Shown: positions 45,687-55,955, counted from the first letter of the stretch. The stretch is 64,000 nt of DNA from an uncultured Candidatus Saccharibacteria bacterium (GCA_964615415.1 CAZTNI010000001.1:112746-176745), one strand, 5' to 3'. Notes: generated by a model not told the origin, from the letters alone. Numbers and translations are program-made.

Positions 45687-46685
45687 ATGAAAGTTCTCGC
45701 GCACGTGCTTCCTCGTCAGATTGGTCTTGGCTCATTGATGGCTACGCTTGTCGTTGCGTGCTGTCTGTTTTCATTTGCAATGCCTCGAGCTCATGCGGCT
45801 GCTCTTACAGAGTCGCAAAAGGAGGCCATTGTTAACCTGCTTGCATCTTTTAATGCAGACGCGGAAGTGGTTTCAAATGTGCGCGGGGCGCTTGATGGCG
45901 TAAAGACTCGGGTGTCTGGCAGTGATACGTACATGCCAGAAAAGCGAGATGATAAGCCGATGCTGGGTGAAAAGCGTGCCTTGCCAGCAGTGTGTGCTGT
46001 GCTGACACGCGCCTTGAAAAAAGGCTCGTCAGGGGATGACGTGACCGCGCTCCAAGCCTTTTTGCAACAAACAGGCGATTTGCGCGCTACGTCAACCACC
46101 AACTACTTCGGTGCAGTAACCGAGCGTGCACTCCAAATGTGGCAAACACGCATGGGTATTGTTGGTCAAGGTGATGCAGATTCAACAGGTTTTGGTGCTT
46201 TTGGTCCAAAGACACGCGACATGCTCGTTGGACAGTGCAGAACGATATTCGGAGGCGCTACAACGACTCCGGGGTATCCACTGCCACCAACTGCTCGTGC
46301 AAGCGAGCCGATAGATCCTACTGTTTCTCCTACTTGTACGCTTGTTTCCAACAAGCAGACAATAAAAGCTGGGGAAGTAGTGGTCCTTACGTGGAATAGT
46401 AAAAATGCTACGTACGCAGGCAGTCCAAGTGGCCAAAAAGACTCTGTCTATGGCTCACGCAAAGTGATGCCAGGCGAGACAACGACCTACGTGAAAAAGG
46501 TCTATGGTCCCGCAGGCGAGGGACAGTGTACGGTCACGGTTACCGTCGAGGGTACTGTGCCTGCTGCAGAACAAAAAGTGGTAGTAGCACCTTCTCCTGT
46601 AGGTGTCGGCCGAGTTCTCTCGCTTATGGGCTCGGGTGTCGCAGCGGTGTTTGAGGGCTACGTCAGCCTCTTCGACTTCCAATAA
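45687..46685 (+). CDS. Secreted protein with peptidoglycan-binding (PG_binding_1-like) domain
   Basis: Signal peptide, then GDDVTALQAFLQQ...FGAVTERALQMWQ repeat typical of the PG-binding domain. Confidence 0.55.
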   Translation: MKVLAHVLPRQIGLGSLMATLVVACCLFSFAMPRAHAAALTESQKEAIVNLLASFNADAEVVSNVRGALDGVKTRVSGSDTYMPEKRDDKPMLGEKRALPAVCAVLTRALKKGSSGDDVTALQAFLQQTGDLRATSTTNYFGAVTERALQMWQTRMGIVGQGDADSTGFGAFGPKTRDMLVGQCRTIFGGATTTPGYPLPPTARASEPIDPTVSPTCTLVSNKQTIKAGEVVVLTWNSKNATYAGSPSGQKDSVYGSRKVMPGETTTYVKKVYGPAGEGQCTVTVTVEGTVPAAEQKVVVAPSPVGVGRVLSLMGSGVAAVFEGYVSLFDFQ

Positions 46686-46756
46686 AAGTTGCACCGTGTC
46701 TACGGTAGTGCTTCAATAGCAGCTGGGAGTTCCTCTTGTAAAAAGGAGCACTACAG

Positions 46757-47194
46757 ATGTCTCTTGATCAGCTTGCAGAAATGCTTGCTGAGCGGCAGCA
46801 AGTGTTTGTTAAAGAGCCTGACGGATCTTTAACGCTCTCAGTCAAAGCCGGCAACTTTTGCTACGAGGTGACTGTCTCCCAGACAGACTTGCTCTGGGCA
46901 CGAGCGTTAATAATGATTCCTATGCAAGTCGTAGAGATCGCCGATTTTCAAGGTCTTGATGACTTGGTGGGGCATTGGTCACGGGGACGGCTGCAGCTTG
47001 CAGTCGCGAGAGAGGGCAAGGAACAGCAGTTGTGGCTCTATGGGTCACTTTTGGTAACTGCGCTTGAGCCAGAGCTCGACTACGTGATCGAAACGTCGCG
47101 CACCCTCGCCCCTTTTTTGTTAAAGGTGGGCGAAGATGGTGAATGGAAGAGAGTCGCCAACCTGGCTTTTACTCCCTCGAAGGGGTTAGCCTGA
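46757..47194 (+). CDS. Hypothetical protein
   Basis: 145 aa, no motifs recognised. Confidence 0.35.
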   Translation: MSLDQLAEMLAERQQVFVKEPDGSLTLSVKAGNFCYEVTVSQTDLLWARALIMIPMQVVEIADFQGLDDLVGHWSRGRLQLAVAREGKEQQLWLYGSLLVTALEPELDYVIETSRTLAPFLLKVGEDGEWKRVANLAFTPSKGLA

Positions 47195-47204
47195 CACCAC
47201 ATAA

Positions 47205-47248
47205 CAACCGCCGGCACTTTATGAAGTGCCGGCGGTTGACTCTTTTAA
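47205..47248 (+). terminator. Terminator hairpin
   Basis: aaccgccggcactt-tatg-aagtgccggcggtt, then a weak T-run. Confidence 0.45.
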
Positions 47249-47332
47249 AGGGTTTGTTAGTATGGCCATAACGCATACGTGCGTGGCTTTTTATTATCGT
47301 TTGTTCATTAATCGTTAGATTAGGTATTAAGT

Positions 47333-48529
47333 ATGGCAGACAATTTTGACCGACAGAAGCCGCACCTCAACATTGGCACCATTGGCCACGTTGACCACGG
47401 CAAGACGACATTGACCGCGTCTATTCTCCATGTCCTCGACATGGCGAAGGGCGAGGGGTATGGTGCTCGTGTAGAAGGTGTTGATGGTATCGACAACGCT
47501 CCAGAAGAGAAGGCTCGCGGTATTACTATCGCGCTCCACCACTCTGAGTACTGGACGCCAACTCGTCACTACGCTCACATCGACGCTCCGGGCCACGCAG
47601 ACTACATTAAGAACATGATCACCGGTGCCGCACAGATGGACGGCGCAATCCTCGTGGTTGCTGCTACCGACGGTGCCATGCCACAGACTCGTGAACACAT
47701 CCTCCTTGCTCGCCAAGTTGGTGTGCCGAAGATCGTTGTCTTCCTTAACAAGGCAGACATGGTTGATGACCAGGACATGCTCGACCTCGTTGAGGCCGAA
47801 GTAAAGGACCTCCTTGCAAAACAGGGCTACGGTGACTCTCCAGTAGTAAAGGGTTCAGGCCTTAAGGCTCTTGAGTCTAAGGATCTTAATGACCCATGGG
47901 CACAGAAAGTACTTGAGCTTATTAAGACGGTAGATAGCTACATCCCGCTTCCGCAGCGCGAAACTGACAAGCCGTTCCTCATGCCGATCGAAGACATCTT
48001 CTCAATTGAAGGTCGCGGTACGGTAGTTACGGGCCGCATTGACCGCGGTATCGTGAAGGTAGGTGAGGACGTTGAGATCGTTGGTCTTACTCCAACCCAA
48101 AAGACGACTATTACTGGTATCGAAATGTTCAACAAGCAGCTCGACCAGGGTCAGGCAGGCGACAACGCAGGTATTCTCCTCCGCGGTACTAAGAAGGAAG
48201 ACATTCATCGCGGTCAGGTGCTTGCTAAGGCAGGTTCTATCACTCCTCACACAGACTTCGAGGCAGAAGTATACGTCCTTAACAAGGAAGAAGGAGGCCG
48301 CCACACGCCATTCTTCTCTGGCTACAAGCCACAGTTCTACATCGGTACAACCGACGTAACTGGCGAGGTTACCCTCCCAGCAGGAACTGAAATGGTTATG
48401 CCAGGTGACACCATTACCTTTAAGGTAAAGTTGGTAGCACCAGTCGCACTTGAAGAGAAGCGCCGCTTCGCAGTTCGCGAAGGAGGCAAGACCGTAGGTG
48501 CAGGTGTTGTAACTAAGATCAACGCGTAA
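47333..48529 (+). CDS. tuf: Elongation factor Tu
   Basis: [21 protein letters not shown] motifs. 398 aa. Confidence 0.97.
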   Translation: MADNFDRQKPHLNIGTIGHVDHGKTTLTASILHVLDMAKGEGYGARVEGVDGIDNAPEEKARGITIALHHSEYWTPTRHYAHIDAPGHADYIKNMITGAAQMDGAILVVAATDGAMPQTREHILLARQVGVPKIVVFLNKADMVDDQDMLDLVEAEVKDLLAKQGYGDSPVVKGSGLKALESKDLNDPWAQKVLELIKTVDSYIPLPQRETDKPFLMPIEDIFSIEGRGTVVTGRIDRGIVKVGEDVEIVGLTPTQKTTITGIEMFNKQLDQGQAGDNAGILLRGTKKEDIHRGQVLAKAGSITPHTDFEAEVYVLNKEEGGRHTPFFSGYKPQFYIGTTDVTGEVTLPAGTEMVMPGDTITFKVKLVAPVALEEKRRFAVREGGKTVGAGVVTKINA

Positions 48530-48628
48530 TAAGTATTTAAGAGTTAGCTAATTTGGGTGTAGGTTACTTTACCAGAATCCTTCGATGGGACTCAGGATAA
48601 AGAGAACTAGACCCCTCAACAAAAGAGT

Positions 48629-48994
48629 ATGGCAACCGAAGAAAAGAAAGTAGCAAAGCCTCGCGCTAAAAAGGCGACCGCAGAGCCAGAGCAGCGCTTG
48701 CGCATCAAGGTGCGTGCATACGAGCACAAGGTGCTTGATGCATCAGTAAAGCAAATTATGGAGACTGCTATTCGCTACGATGCGAAGATCGCAGGTCCTA
48801 TCCCGCTTCCAACTGAGATCAAGAAATACACCGTTAACCGCTCGACCTTCGTGTATAAAAATGCACGCGAGCAGTTTGAGATGCGAGTCCACAAGCGCAT
48901 CATCGACATCCTTAACCCAACGGCAAAGGTGATCGAGGCTCTCACGAACCTCTCGCTTCCTTCCGGAGTAACAATCGATGTAAAGATGGCCTAA
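48629..48994 (+). CDS. rpsJ: 30S ribosomal protein S10 (with basic N-terminal extension)
   Basis: Conserved S10 core (RLRIKVRAYEHKVLD...). Confidence 0.9.
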   Translation: MATEEKKVAKPRAKKATAEPEQRLRIKVRAYEHKVLDASVKQIMETAIRYDAKIAGPIPLPTEIKKYTVNRSTFVYKNAREQFEMRVHKRIIDILNPTAKVIEALTNLSLPSGVTIDVKMA

Positions 48995-49004
48995 GGGCCT
49001 CGGA

Positions 49005-49037
49005 AAAAGCCCCTCCTTGCGAGGGGCTTTTTCTTTG
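49005..49037 (+). terminator. Intrinsic terminator after rpsJ
   Basis: aaagcccctc-cttgc-gaggggctttttctttgg. Confidence 0.6.
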
Positions 49038-49071
49038 GTAATGTAGGCGGCGGAAACAACAGGAGAGACTG

Positions 49072-49275
49072 ATGGCTAAGGACTCGAAGGTGATTGAGGA
49101 GCTGCAAGAAGCGCGGAGGCGTATGCTGAAGCGAGCAGCAGGAATTGGTGAGCCTGCAATTGCAATACCTGCCCACATGCTCGGCATTATTGGGCTCGAG
49201 GAAGGGCGCCCTCAGGTGCTCATTCAGGTAGACAAACTAATCTCTTTGGTTAAAGAGGTGATAGCAACAAAATAA
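49072..49275 (+). CDS. Small hypothetical protein
   Basis: 67 aa, RBS aggagag, own terminator. Confidence 0.4.
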   Translation: MAKDSKVIEELQEARRRMLKRAAGIGEPAIAIPAHMLGIIGLEEGRPQVLIQVDKLISLVKEVIATK

Positions 49276-49281
49276 TGTCAG

Positions 49282-49310
49282 GCCTCTCGCAAGAGGGGCT
49301 TTTTCTTTGG
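49282..49310 (+). terminator. Intrinsic terminator (3' half identical to 49021-49037)
   Basis: cctct-cgca-agaggggctttttctttgg. Confidence 0.55.
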
Positions 49311-49591
49311 ATAACTTTGTTTGACTAATTCTGTGCATTTCATATACTTAAAAAAAGGTGCTCATTGTTTTGTTCCTGTTCACGAATAGGTACATGATTT
49401 CGGTCCGATGACTTAAGAATCGGATTTTTTATTTGGCACACAGTCAGGGTATTGATGCAGGCCGAGTAAAGAAATTGACGAAAAAATCCCCAGCGCTGGG
49501 GATTTTTTCGTATCGCAGGAGTTATTGACAAATATGTGTATGTACGGTTATGTAGTGACGGACAATTCAGTCCATAGGAGGACTAGCATAC

Positions 49592-50227
49592 ATGCATAAT
49601 GCACAAGCAGCTGCGGAAATGCCGGAAAGCGATCGGCAGAGCTCTGAGGCTCATCCTCGGCAGAAGACGCTGCACGTCGTGCCCCTGATCGAACAGATCA
49701 TGGCCGGTGTCGCTGCGATCCAGGTTGGCGACTATGAACTGCCAGCCGCGGAACTGCAAGAGAGTGACGAGATTGTCGGTCAGGCCGACGAGTATCTTAT
49801 GCGACTCTTCACGTATCGTTCGCGGAAGCTCGGCGAACGTCAGAAGCTTGCTACGGAGGGGCAAACGATCGTTGATGAGCTTGATGGAGCCATCTTTGGT
49901 AGCCGAGAGGAGACCAGAGCGTCTTCAGTTTCGGCCCTTCTCAAGGGGTTGTTCGGCAAGAATTCTTCGGAAATGGAAGCCAAGGCAATCCGGCTTGAAG
50001 AGATCGAATCGGCTCTTACGACCCTTAGGTCCGAAACCGATATTCTCGAGGGTCTATTTTGGGCAGAAGTCCGCCAGCGGCATCCGTCGATCAAGGATCA
50101 TTCTGCGATCGGGATCCGTAGCGGTTGGGAGATCGTCAAGATAACAAAGGTTGATTCGACCGATCTTCTCGAAAGTATCTTCGAGAAGGTCTTCGGTAGG
50201 GCTCGGCGGGCGCATTCGTCGCCGTAG
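49592..50227 (+). CDS. Hypothetical acidic protein
   Basis: 211 aa, about 58% GC. Located between rpsJ and rplC with its own promoter-like sequence and terminators. Confidence 0.45.
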   Translation: MHNAQAAAEMPESDRQSSEAHPRQKTLHVVPLIEQIMAGVAAIQVGDYELPAAELQESDEIVGQADEYLMRLFTYRSRKLGERQKLATEGQTIVDELDGAIFGSREETRASSVSALLKGLFGKNSSEMEAKAIRLEEIESALTTLRSETDILEGLFWAEVRQRHPSIKDHSAIGIRSGWEIVKITKVDSTDLLESIFEKVFGRARRAHSSP

Positions 50228-50262
50228 TTCGTTCGAGTTTGGTTCACAAACCTAGTGTTTTT

Positions 50263-50290
50263 AGGCCCGACGTACAGTCGGGCCTTTTAT
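50263..50290 (+). terminator. Intrinsic terminator
   Basis: aggcccgacgtacagtcgggcctttta. Confidence 0.55.
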
Positions 50291-50319
50291 TTGCATATTT
50301 AAAAGACCTGATGTATATT
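50291..50319 (+). promoter_or_regulatory. Putative promoter of the rplC operon (TTGCAT-17-TATATT)
   Basis: TTGCAT 50291-50296 and TATATT 50314-50319. A hairpin (gtccccca...tggggac) lies in the 5' leader. Confidence 0.4.
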
Positions 50320-50396
50320 GCTGTGTACGTTAGAAATAACGGCGTTCCACGTCCCCCAAGAGCCCTAACCAAGGGTGGGGACCAATAGACACCACT

Positions 50397-51020
50397 ATGA
50401 AATTTATCCTCGGCACAAAGGGCCGGATGACAACTATATTTACTGAAGACGGCCGCTCATACGCAGCGACTGTTGTTACTGCTACTCCAGGCGCTATTAC
50501 CCAGATCAAGACTGCTGAAAAGGAGGGTTACAACGCTGTGCAGATTGGCGGTATTGCTACTACTGAAAAGCGCTCTAATAAGGCACAGCTCGGCCACACG
50601 AAGGGCAAGGCGTTTAAAGCTTTCCGCGAGTTCCGCGCCTTTGACGGCAAGCTCCCTGAAGGAGTTGAAGTAGGGAAGACTATCGACCTTACGCAATTTA
50701 CCGTAGGCGATATGGTAACTGTCTCGGCCGTCTCAAAGGGTAAGGGTTTTGCAGGTGTTGTGAAGCGTCATGGCTTCCATGGCGGTCCTCGCACACACGG
50801 TCAGAAGCACTCTGAGCGTGCGCCAGGTTCATTGGGTGGTGGCGGTGGTCGCGCCGGTGGTCGTGTTGCTCGTGGTAAACGCATGGCGGGCCGTCTTGGT
50901 TCTGACCAGGTTACCGTTCGCAATTTGGCAGTATTGCAGGTCCTTCCGGAAACGGGCGAACTTGTTATTGCAGGTGCGATCCCGGGCAAGCCAGGTACGC
51001 TTGTCGAAATCCGCGGCTAA
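50397..51020 (+). CDS. rplC: 50S ribosomal protein L3
   Basis: Conserved L3. 207 aa. Confidence 0.95.
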   Translation: MKFILGTKGRMTTIFTEDGRSYAATVVTATPGAITQIKTAEKEGYNAVQIGGIATTEKRSNKAQLGHTKGKAFKAFREFRAFDGKLPEGVEVGKTIDLTQFTVGDMVTVSAVSKGKGFAGVVKRHGFHGGPRTHGQKHSERAPGSLGGGGGRAGGRVARGKRMAGRLGSDQVTVRNLAVLQVLPETGELVIAGAIPGKPGTLVEIRG

Positions 51021-51034
51021 TTTTGAATATTTTT

Positions 51035-51703
51035 ATGGACGCAACACTTTATAACATCAAGGGAGAGAAAGCAGGCAAGGTAGCAGTACCTGAAGCGCTC
51101 TTCGGCTTGCAGTGGAATGCAGACTTGGTGCACCAGGTGGTTACCTCTATGCAGGCAAATGCCCGTGGTCCTATTGCACACACGAAAGATCGTGGCGAAG
51201 TACGCGGCGGCGGTCGCAAGCCATGGCAGCAGAAGGGTACTGGTCGCGCACGCCACGGTTCGTCTCGCTCTCCAATTTGGGTAGGCGGCGGTGTTGCACA
51301 TGGTCCTCGCAATGAAAAGTCTTTTGCAAAGAAGATCAATCGCCAGATGAAGCAGAAGGCGCTCTTTGTTGCACTTTCTCGCAAGATGAAAGACGGCGAA
51401 GTTATCTTTGTTGACACTATCGAGATGGCAGCTCCAAAAACAAAGGAGGCGAAAGCAGTATTGGGTGCACTCTCACGCGAGTTCCCAGCACTCGGTACTA
51501 AGAAAACTCGCACTGCGCTTATTGCGCTTCCACAGGCGCACAAGCCAACGATGAAGAGCTTCGCAAACTTCGGCAATATTACGATCGAGGATGTTCGCAA
51601 CCTTAACCCGATGTCTGTTCTTGCAAGCAAATACCTCGTTATTGCTAATCCGACTGCCGCATTTGAGACACTCTCAAAAAAGAAGGTCGCACAAACTAAC
51701 TAA
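51035..51703 (+). CDS. rplD: 50S ribosomal protein L4
   Basis: Conserved L4. ATG at 51035 (the ORF-track TTG start is at 51023). Confidence 0.93.
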   Translation: MDATLYNIKGEKAGKVAVPEALFGLQWNADLVHQVVTSMQANARGPIAHTKDRGEVRGGGRKPWQQKGTGRARHGSSRSPIWVGGGVAHGPRNEKSFAKKINRQMKQKALFVALSRKMKDGEVIFVDTIEMAAPKTKEAKAVLGALSREFPALGTKKTRTALIALPQAHKPTMKSFANFGNITIEDVRNLNPMSVLASKYLVIANPTAAFETLSKKKVAQTN

Positions 51704-51705
51704 GT

Positions 51706-51990
51706 ATGAAGACGAACTCACACATACTCCTTAGTCCGCGCGTTACTGAAAAGGGCGCATACCTTGCACAAGACAATGTGTATGTCTTTATGGTTGCCGG
51801 TGATGCAAACAAGAAGGAAATTGCAGAAGCAGTTCGTGCGACGTTTAAGGTAACGCCACGCAAGGTGACTATCGTCCCAGTGCCTCGCAAGAAGGTACAG
51901 ACTCGCGGCACTAACCGCTGGGGCAAGACTGCGACTGGCAAGAAGGCCTATGTCTACCTTAAAAAGGGTGAGACTATCGAGCTCGTATAA
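51706..51990 (+). CDS. rplW: 50S ribosomal protein L23
   Basis: Conserved L23. Confidence 0.93.
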   Translation: MKTNSHILLSPRVTEKGAYLAQDNVYVFMVAGDANKKEIAEAVRATFKVTPRKVTIVPVPRKKVQTRGTNRWGKTATGKKAYVYLKKGETIELV

Positions 51991-52005
51991 AGATAGAGAA
52001 ATTTT

Positions 52006-52857
52006 ATGAAACATTATCGCCCATACACAAAATCACGTCGCCACATGACCACACTGCCATTCCGGCAGTTGCTCACAACGAATGAGCCGCACAAAGCGCT
52101 CATTGGTGGTGGTAAGCGCCATGTTGGCCGCAACTCTGCGGGCCGCATTACCGTGCGCCACAAGGGCGGCGGACACAAGCGCCTTATGCGCGACGTAGAC
52201 TTCTCGTACACAAAGCAGGTTCCTGCTGTGGTAGAGACTATCGAATACGATCCAAACCGCTCGGGCTTCATCGGTGTGCTTCTTTACAAAGATGGTGAAC
52301 GCCGCTACGCACTTCTTCCGCAGTCTGTAAAAGTTGGCAGCACTATTGATGCTGGTGAGAAGGTAGAAGCACGTCCAGGTAACCGCATGGCACTTAAAAA
52401 CATGCCGATCGGCGCCTTTGTATACAACGTAGAAGTAAAGCCAGGTCAGGGTGGTAAACTCGGCCGTGCAGCAGGTACGCATATTGAAGTTGTTGCCCGC
52501 GACCAGGGGTATGTAGACCTTAAGATGCCGTCATCGGAAGTCCGCAAGGTGCTTGAAACTTGCTGGGCAACGATGGGCGAAGTGTCTAACCCAGAAAGCA
52601 AACTCGTAAACTTTGGTAAGGCAGGTCGCTCACGCTGGAAGGGTATCCGCCCAACAGTCCGCGGTACTGCTATGAACCCAGTAGACCACCCACACGGCGG
52701 CGGTGAAGGTCGCCAGGGTCGCGGTTTGCGCCGTGCAAAGAGTATGTGGGGTAAGCCAACCGGCAAGGGTCAGAAATCTCGCACTCCAAAGAAATACTCG
52801 AACTATCTCATTGTGTCTCGCCGCAAGGTAGGCAAGCGCAACTCTACTCAGGGCTAA
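52006..52857 (+). CDS. rplB: 50S ribosomal protein L2
   Basis: Conserved L2 (GGGHKR...). 283 aa. Confidence 0.95.
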   Translation: MKHYRPYTKSRRHMTTLPFRQLLTTNEPHKALIGGGKRHVGRNSAGRITVRHKGGGHKRLMRDVDFSYTKQVPAVVETIEYDPNRSGFIGVLLYKDGERRYALLPQSVKVGSTIDAGEKVEARPGNRMALKNMPIGAFVYNVEVKPGQGGKLGRAAGTHIEVVARDQGYVDLKMPSSEVRKVLETCWATMGEVSNPESKLVNFGKAGRSRWKGIRPTVRGTAMNPVDHPHGGGEGRQGRGLRRAKSMWGKPTGKGQKSRTPKKYSNYLIVSRRKVGKRNSTQG

Positions 52858-52902
52858 TAAAATTAGACAAAAGAAATCCCCGCCGTATGGCGGGGATTTT
52901 AG

Positions 52903-53379
52903 TTATGCAACGTAGCGCTGGGAAGAGCTTCCCATACGCGGATGCCATTCCAGTTCGCTCAACACCTGTGCCCATGCATGGTCGAGCAGTTGCCCATCGA
53001 TCTGCTTGTCGACGTATACATGACTAGTCGGGTCTGTGTAATACGTTTCGAGGAACCCGTGCTCTTGTGCGTGGTGGTCGCGCTTGAACTCGGTCACTTG
53101 CGTAAGGATAGAAGCCCAGGTAACTCGACCACTGATACGGGAAAGTGGACCAGTGTCGCGGTAGGCAAGCGCAAGTGGGTTTTCATCATCTCGGCAGATG
53201 CGCACATGAGAGGTAACCTTGCCGTCGTGTATGGAAATCATATTGAGTCGCCAGTGAGGTGGCGCATGCTTGTCTAGCCACACTGCGCCTCTGCGGGCCC
53301 GCTCGAGCGCTCGGTCTACGAGTTTTAGTGCGGTAATCGCTTCCTGTACATGCGGAGGATAGTCTTCAAGTTTGAACAC
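52903..53379 (-). CDS. Hypothetical protein (opposite strand inside the ribosomal cluster)
   Basis: 158-aa ORF, no family recognised. Confidence 0.4.
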   Translation of the reverse strand: MFKLEDYPPHVQEAITALKLVDRALERARRGAVWLDKHAPPHWRLNMISIHDGKVTSHVRICRDDENPLALAYRDTGPLSRISGRVTWASILTQVTEFKRDHHAQEHGFLETYYTDPTSHVYVDKQIDGQLLDHAWAQVLSELEWHPRMGSSSQRYVA

Positions 53380-53682
53380 GATCTGTTCTCCTGTGGCCGG
53401 TTCTTCCGGTAGGGACTATATACCGTATAGGTAAAAAAGAAAACGCCTCGGAGAATTCCGGGGCGTTTTTGTAAATCTGTTACCTAGTAATCAGACTCAG
53501 ATGAAGCATTTCTCTCGCGACCTCTTCCGGGTCGTCGTCAATTGCATACGGGTAAGCCCGGTACGGTCGTTCCCTGGACTCCTGGCTAGGTTCAGGAGGA
53601 GGTTTGGCAGAAGGTTCATCTGTGGCCATAAAGGTTCTCCGTGTCTGCTTTTTAATCCAAACTTTGTTGAGTTGGAATGCAC

Positions 53683-53988
53683 TTAATGCATCTGCTCGGG
53701 GCTGATCTGCGGCGGGGTATTTTCTCCTTGCTGAAGCTGCCCAGCATCCTTCATGGCGCTGCTCCAGTGCGGTCGGGGTAGGTGGGAAACGACAGACGCG
53801 GCCATCTGCTTGATGCTGCCCGCAGCGCGTAGAATCGGGGAAGGCTTCTTTGCCTTCTTGCCGTAATAAGCTACCTCGCACACTTCTGCACAGAAGAACA
53901 GTCCTGTGCTGCTGCGGCGAGACGTAAGGTGGCTGCAGCCCGGCGCCTTGCACGGCCCGAGCATTTTTTCGTTTTTATAGGCAGGCAC
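53683..53988 (-). CDS. Small Cys-rich zinc-finger-like protein (C-x4-C ... F-C-x3-C)
   Basis: GTG start with AAGGAG 6 nt upstream. Contains CKAPGCSHLTSRRSSTGLFFCAEVC, which is FCS/TRASH-like. The overlapping ORF 53480-53953 is in a different frame and is less supported. Confidence 0.4.
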   Translation of the reverse strand: MPAYKNEKMLGPCKAPGCSHLTSRRSSTGLFFCAEVCEVAYYGKKAKKPSPILRAAGSIKQMAASVVSHLPRPHWSSAMKDAGQLQQGENTPPQISPEQMH

Positions 53989-54167
53989 GAAATACTCCTT
54001 TGGTGGGATGTTTAGTTGAAACGCAAGAACAGACTAAAGCCCATCCTATGCCTCATATGTCAAATTGGCAAGAAATGGAAGGGGAAAAGAAAAGCCCCCG
54101 GATTTCGGGGGCTCTTATAACTTAGGACTTAGGCGGAATGTTGATTGCACGCCCTTCTTGTATTGAT

Positions 54168-54425
54168 TTAGCTGCTCGTCTGATCATGTCTCGACCCTCC
54201 CTGGATAGTTACGTGGTCGAGGTAGTCCATAATGTTCGAAGGGTCGGCGACCTTACGCTCCTCCGTCATCGAAATCGAGCGGGGAACAAGCTCGTAGCCC
54301 GGATTATCCCGCAGAAACTTCGCGATCTCCTTGAACGCATGCTGATCGTTTTCCATGCGGTTCAATTGCTTGAGGCGAGGTCTGCCGTTCTTCCGCTCCG
54401 TGTACCTAAATAGATACGTACGCAT
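54168..54425 (-). CDS. Hypothetical protein
   Basis: 85-aa ORF, opposite strand within the ribosomal cluster. Confidence 0.35.
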   Translation of the reverse strand: MRTYLFRYTERKNGRPRLKQLNRMENDQHAFKEIAKFLRDNPGYELVPRSISMTEERKVADPSNIMDYLDHVTIQGGSRHDQTSS

Positions 54426-54572
54426 CGCCGGCTCCTTTCTAGGGTTACTTCCGAGGCTTAAAGTAGCATATATTTGACTCTTTTACCCTTATCCTGTAGT
54501 ATCTCACTACTTCCGTGCCACAAGGCCTAGACGCTCTCTGTCTACGGCGGGCATGGGTTTTTATTTAAAAAT

Positions 54573-54935
54573 ATGAGTAGATCGCTCAAAAAAGGCCCAT
54601 ACGTAGACGAGAAGCTCCTCAAGAAGATTGAGGGGAAGAAGCCCCAGACAACTGAGGTAATTAAGACGTGGGCACGCCGCTCACAGATCGCTCCAGAAAT
54701 GGTCGGCTTTAAGTTTGGTGTACACAATGGCAAGCAGCATGTAGAGGTCTTGGTAAGCGAGGACATGGTCGGGCACCGCCTGGGCGAGTTCTCTCCTACG
54801 AAGAAGTTTACCCGCCACGGCGGTAAAATGCAGAAGGAAATGGAGGCTAAGGCTAAGGAGGCCGAGATGGCTGCAGCAGCAGCTGCTAAGGCTGCGGCAG
54901 ATGCTTCTGCTAATAAGAACCCAGCTAAGAAATAA
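54573..54935 (+). CDS. rpsS: 30S ribosomal protein S19 with Ala/Lys-rich C-terminal extension
   Basis: Conserved S19 core. Confidence 0.93.
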   Translation: MSRSLKKGPYVDEKLLKKIEGKKPQTTEVIKTWARRSQIAPEMVGFKFGVHNGKQHVEVLVSEDMVGHRLGEFSPTKKFTRHGGKMQKEMEAKAKEAEMAAAAAAKAAADASANKNPAKK

Positions 54936-54940
54936 TCTTT

Positions 54941-55273
54941 ATGGCAGACGCAACCGCAACACTTTCAAACTATCGTCAGGCCCCTCGAAAGGTGCGTCTT
55001 GTTGCTGACCTTATCCGTGGTAAGTCTGTGACGCGTGCGCTCATGCTCCTCCAAACGCTTCCAAAGCGTGCAGCAGAGCCGGTTGAGAAGTTGCTTCGCT
55101 CAGCAGTTGCAAACGCATCTGCAAAAGGAATCAATGCAGATGACCTCGTAGTTGCCTCGATCGAAGTGAACGGCGGTATGGTCTTTAAGCGCCACATGCC
55201 TCGCGCACGCGGTCGCGCATCCGCTATCCGCAAGAAGTCGAGCCATATTACGCTTGCTCTCAAGAAGAAATAA
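54941..55273 (+). CDS. rplV: 50S ribosomal protein L22
   Basis: Conserved L22. Confidence 0.93.
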   Translation: MADATATLSNYRQAPRKVRLVADLIRGKSVTRALMLLQTLPKRAAEPVEKLLRSAVANASAKGINADDLVVASIEVNGGMVFKRHMPRARGRASAIRKKSSHITLALKKK

Positions 55274-55277
55274 TTTT

Positions 55278-55946
55278 ATGTCTAAAGTAGTTAACCCATT
55301 TGCACATCGTCTTGGTATCTTGCGTGACTGGCGTCATCGCTGGTTTGCTCAGGGCCCAAAGTATCAGCAATACTTGAAGAGCGACATTCTCCTTCGCGAA
55401 TTTTTGCAGCGCGAACTTCGCGGTATGTACATCGGCGCTATTGAATTTGAGCGCAATGAAAAAGCACTCCGTGTCATCATCAAGACATCTCGCCCGGGAG
55501 TTATCATCGGCCGCTCTGGCGAAGGTTCAGTAAAGCTCCGCAACAGCATCGCCTCTTTCCTTGCAAAGAAGGGTCTTCCAACTCCTGAAATCAAGCTCGA
55601 TATCGAAGAGATCCGCTCTCCAGAATCAAATGCAGCTATCGTTGCATACATGGTTGCTGAGGGTCTCGAGAAGCGCCTTCCATTCCGCCGCGTATTGAAG
55701 CAGACGATCGAAAAAGTTATGGCAAACCGCGACGTAAAGGGTGTACGCATTGCTATCGCAGGCATGTTGGGCGGCGGCTCTATGTCTCGCACTGAGGAAT
55801 TGAAGAAGGGTCAGGTGCCGCTCCAGACCTTCCGTTCAGACATCGACTTTGCTCGCGAACGCGCAAACCTCCCGCTTGGCGTTATCGGTATCAAGGTATG
55901 GATCTACCGCGGCGAAGTCTTCGAGAAAGATATTGAGAAGAAGTAA
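55278..55946 (+). CDS. rpsC: 30S ribosomal protein S3
   Basis: KH and S3-C domains. ATG at 55278. Confidence 0.93.
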   Translation: MSKVVNPFAHRLGILRDWRHRWFAQGPKYQQYLKSDILLREFLQRELRGMYIGAIEFERNEKALRVIIKTSRPGVIIGRSGEGSVKLRNSIASFLAKKGLPTPEIKLDIEEIRSPESNAAIVAYMVAEGLEKRLPFRRVLKQTIEKVMANRDVKGVRIAIAGMLGGGSMSRTEELKKGQVPLQTFRSDIDFARERANLPLGVIGIKVWIYRGEVFEKDIEKK

Positions 55947-55955
55947 AACACGTAT

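Noticed and set aside
53480-53953. 157-aa ORF overlapping the zinc-finger-like gene in another frame
   Set aside because: The frame 53683-53988 has a canonical AAGGAG RBS and a coherent Cys motif. The two cannot both be real, so the RBS-supported frame was preferred (low confidence either way).
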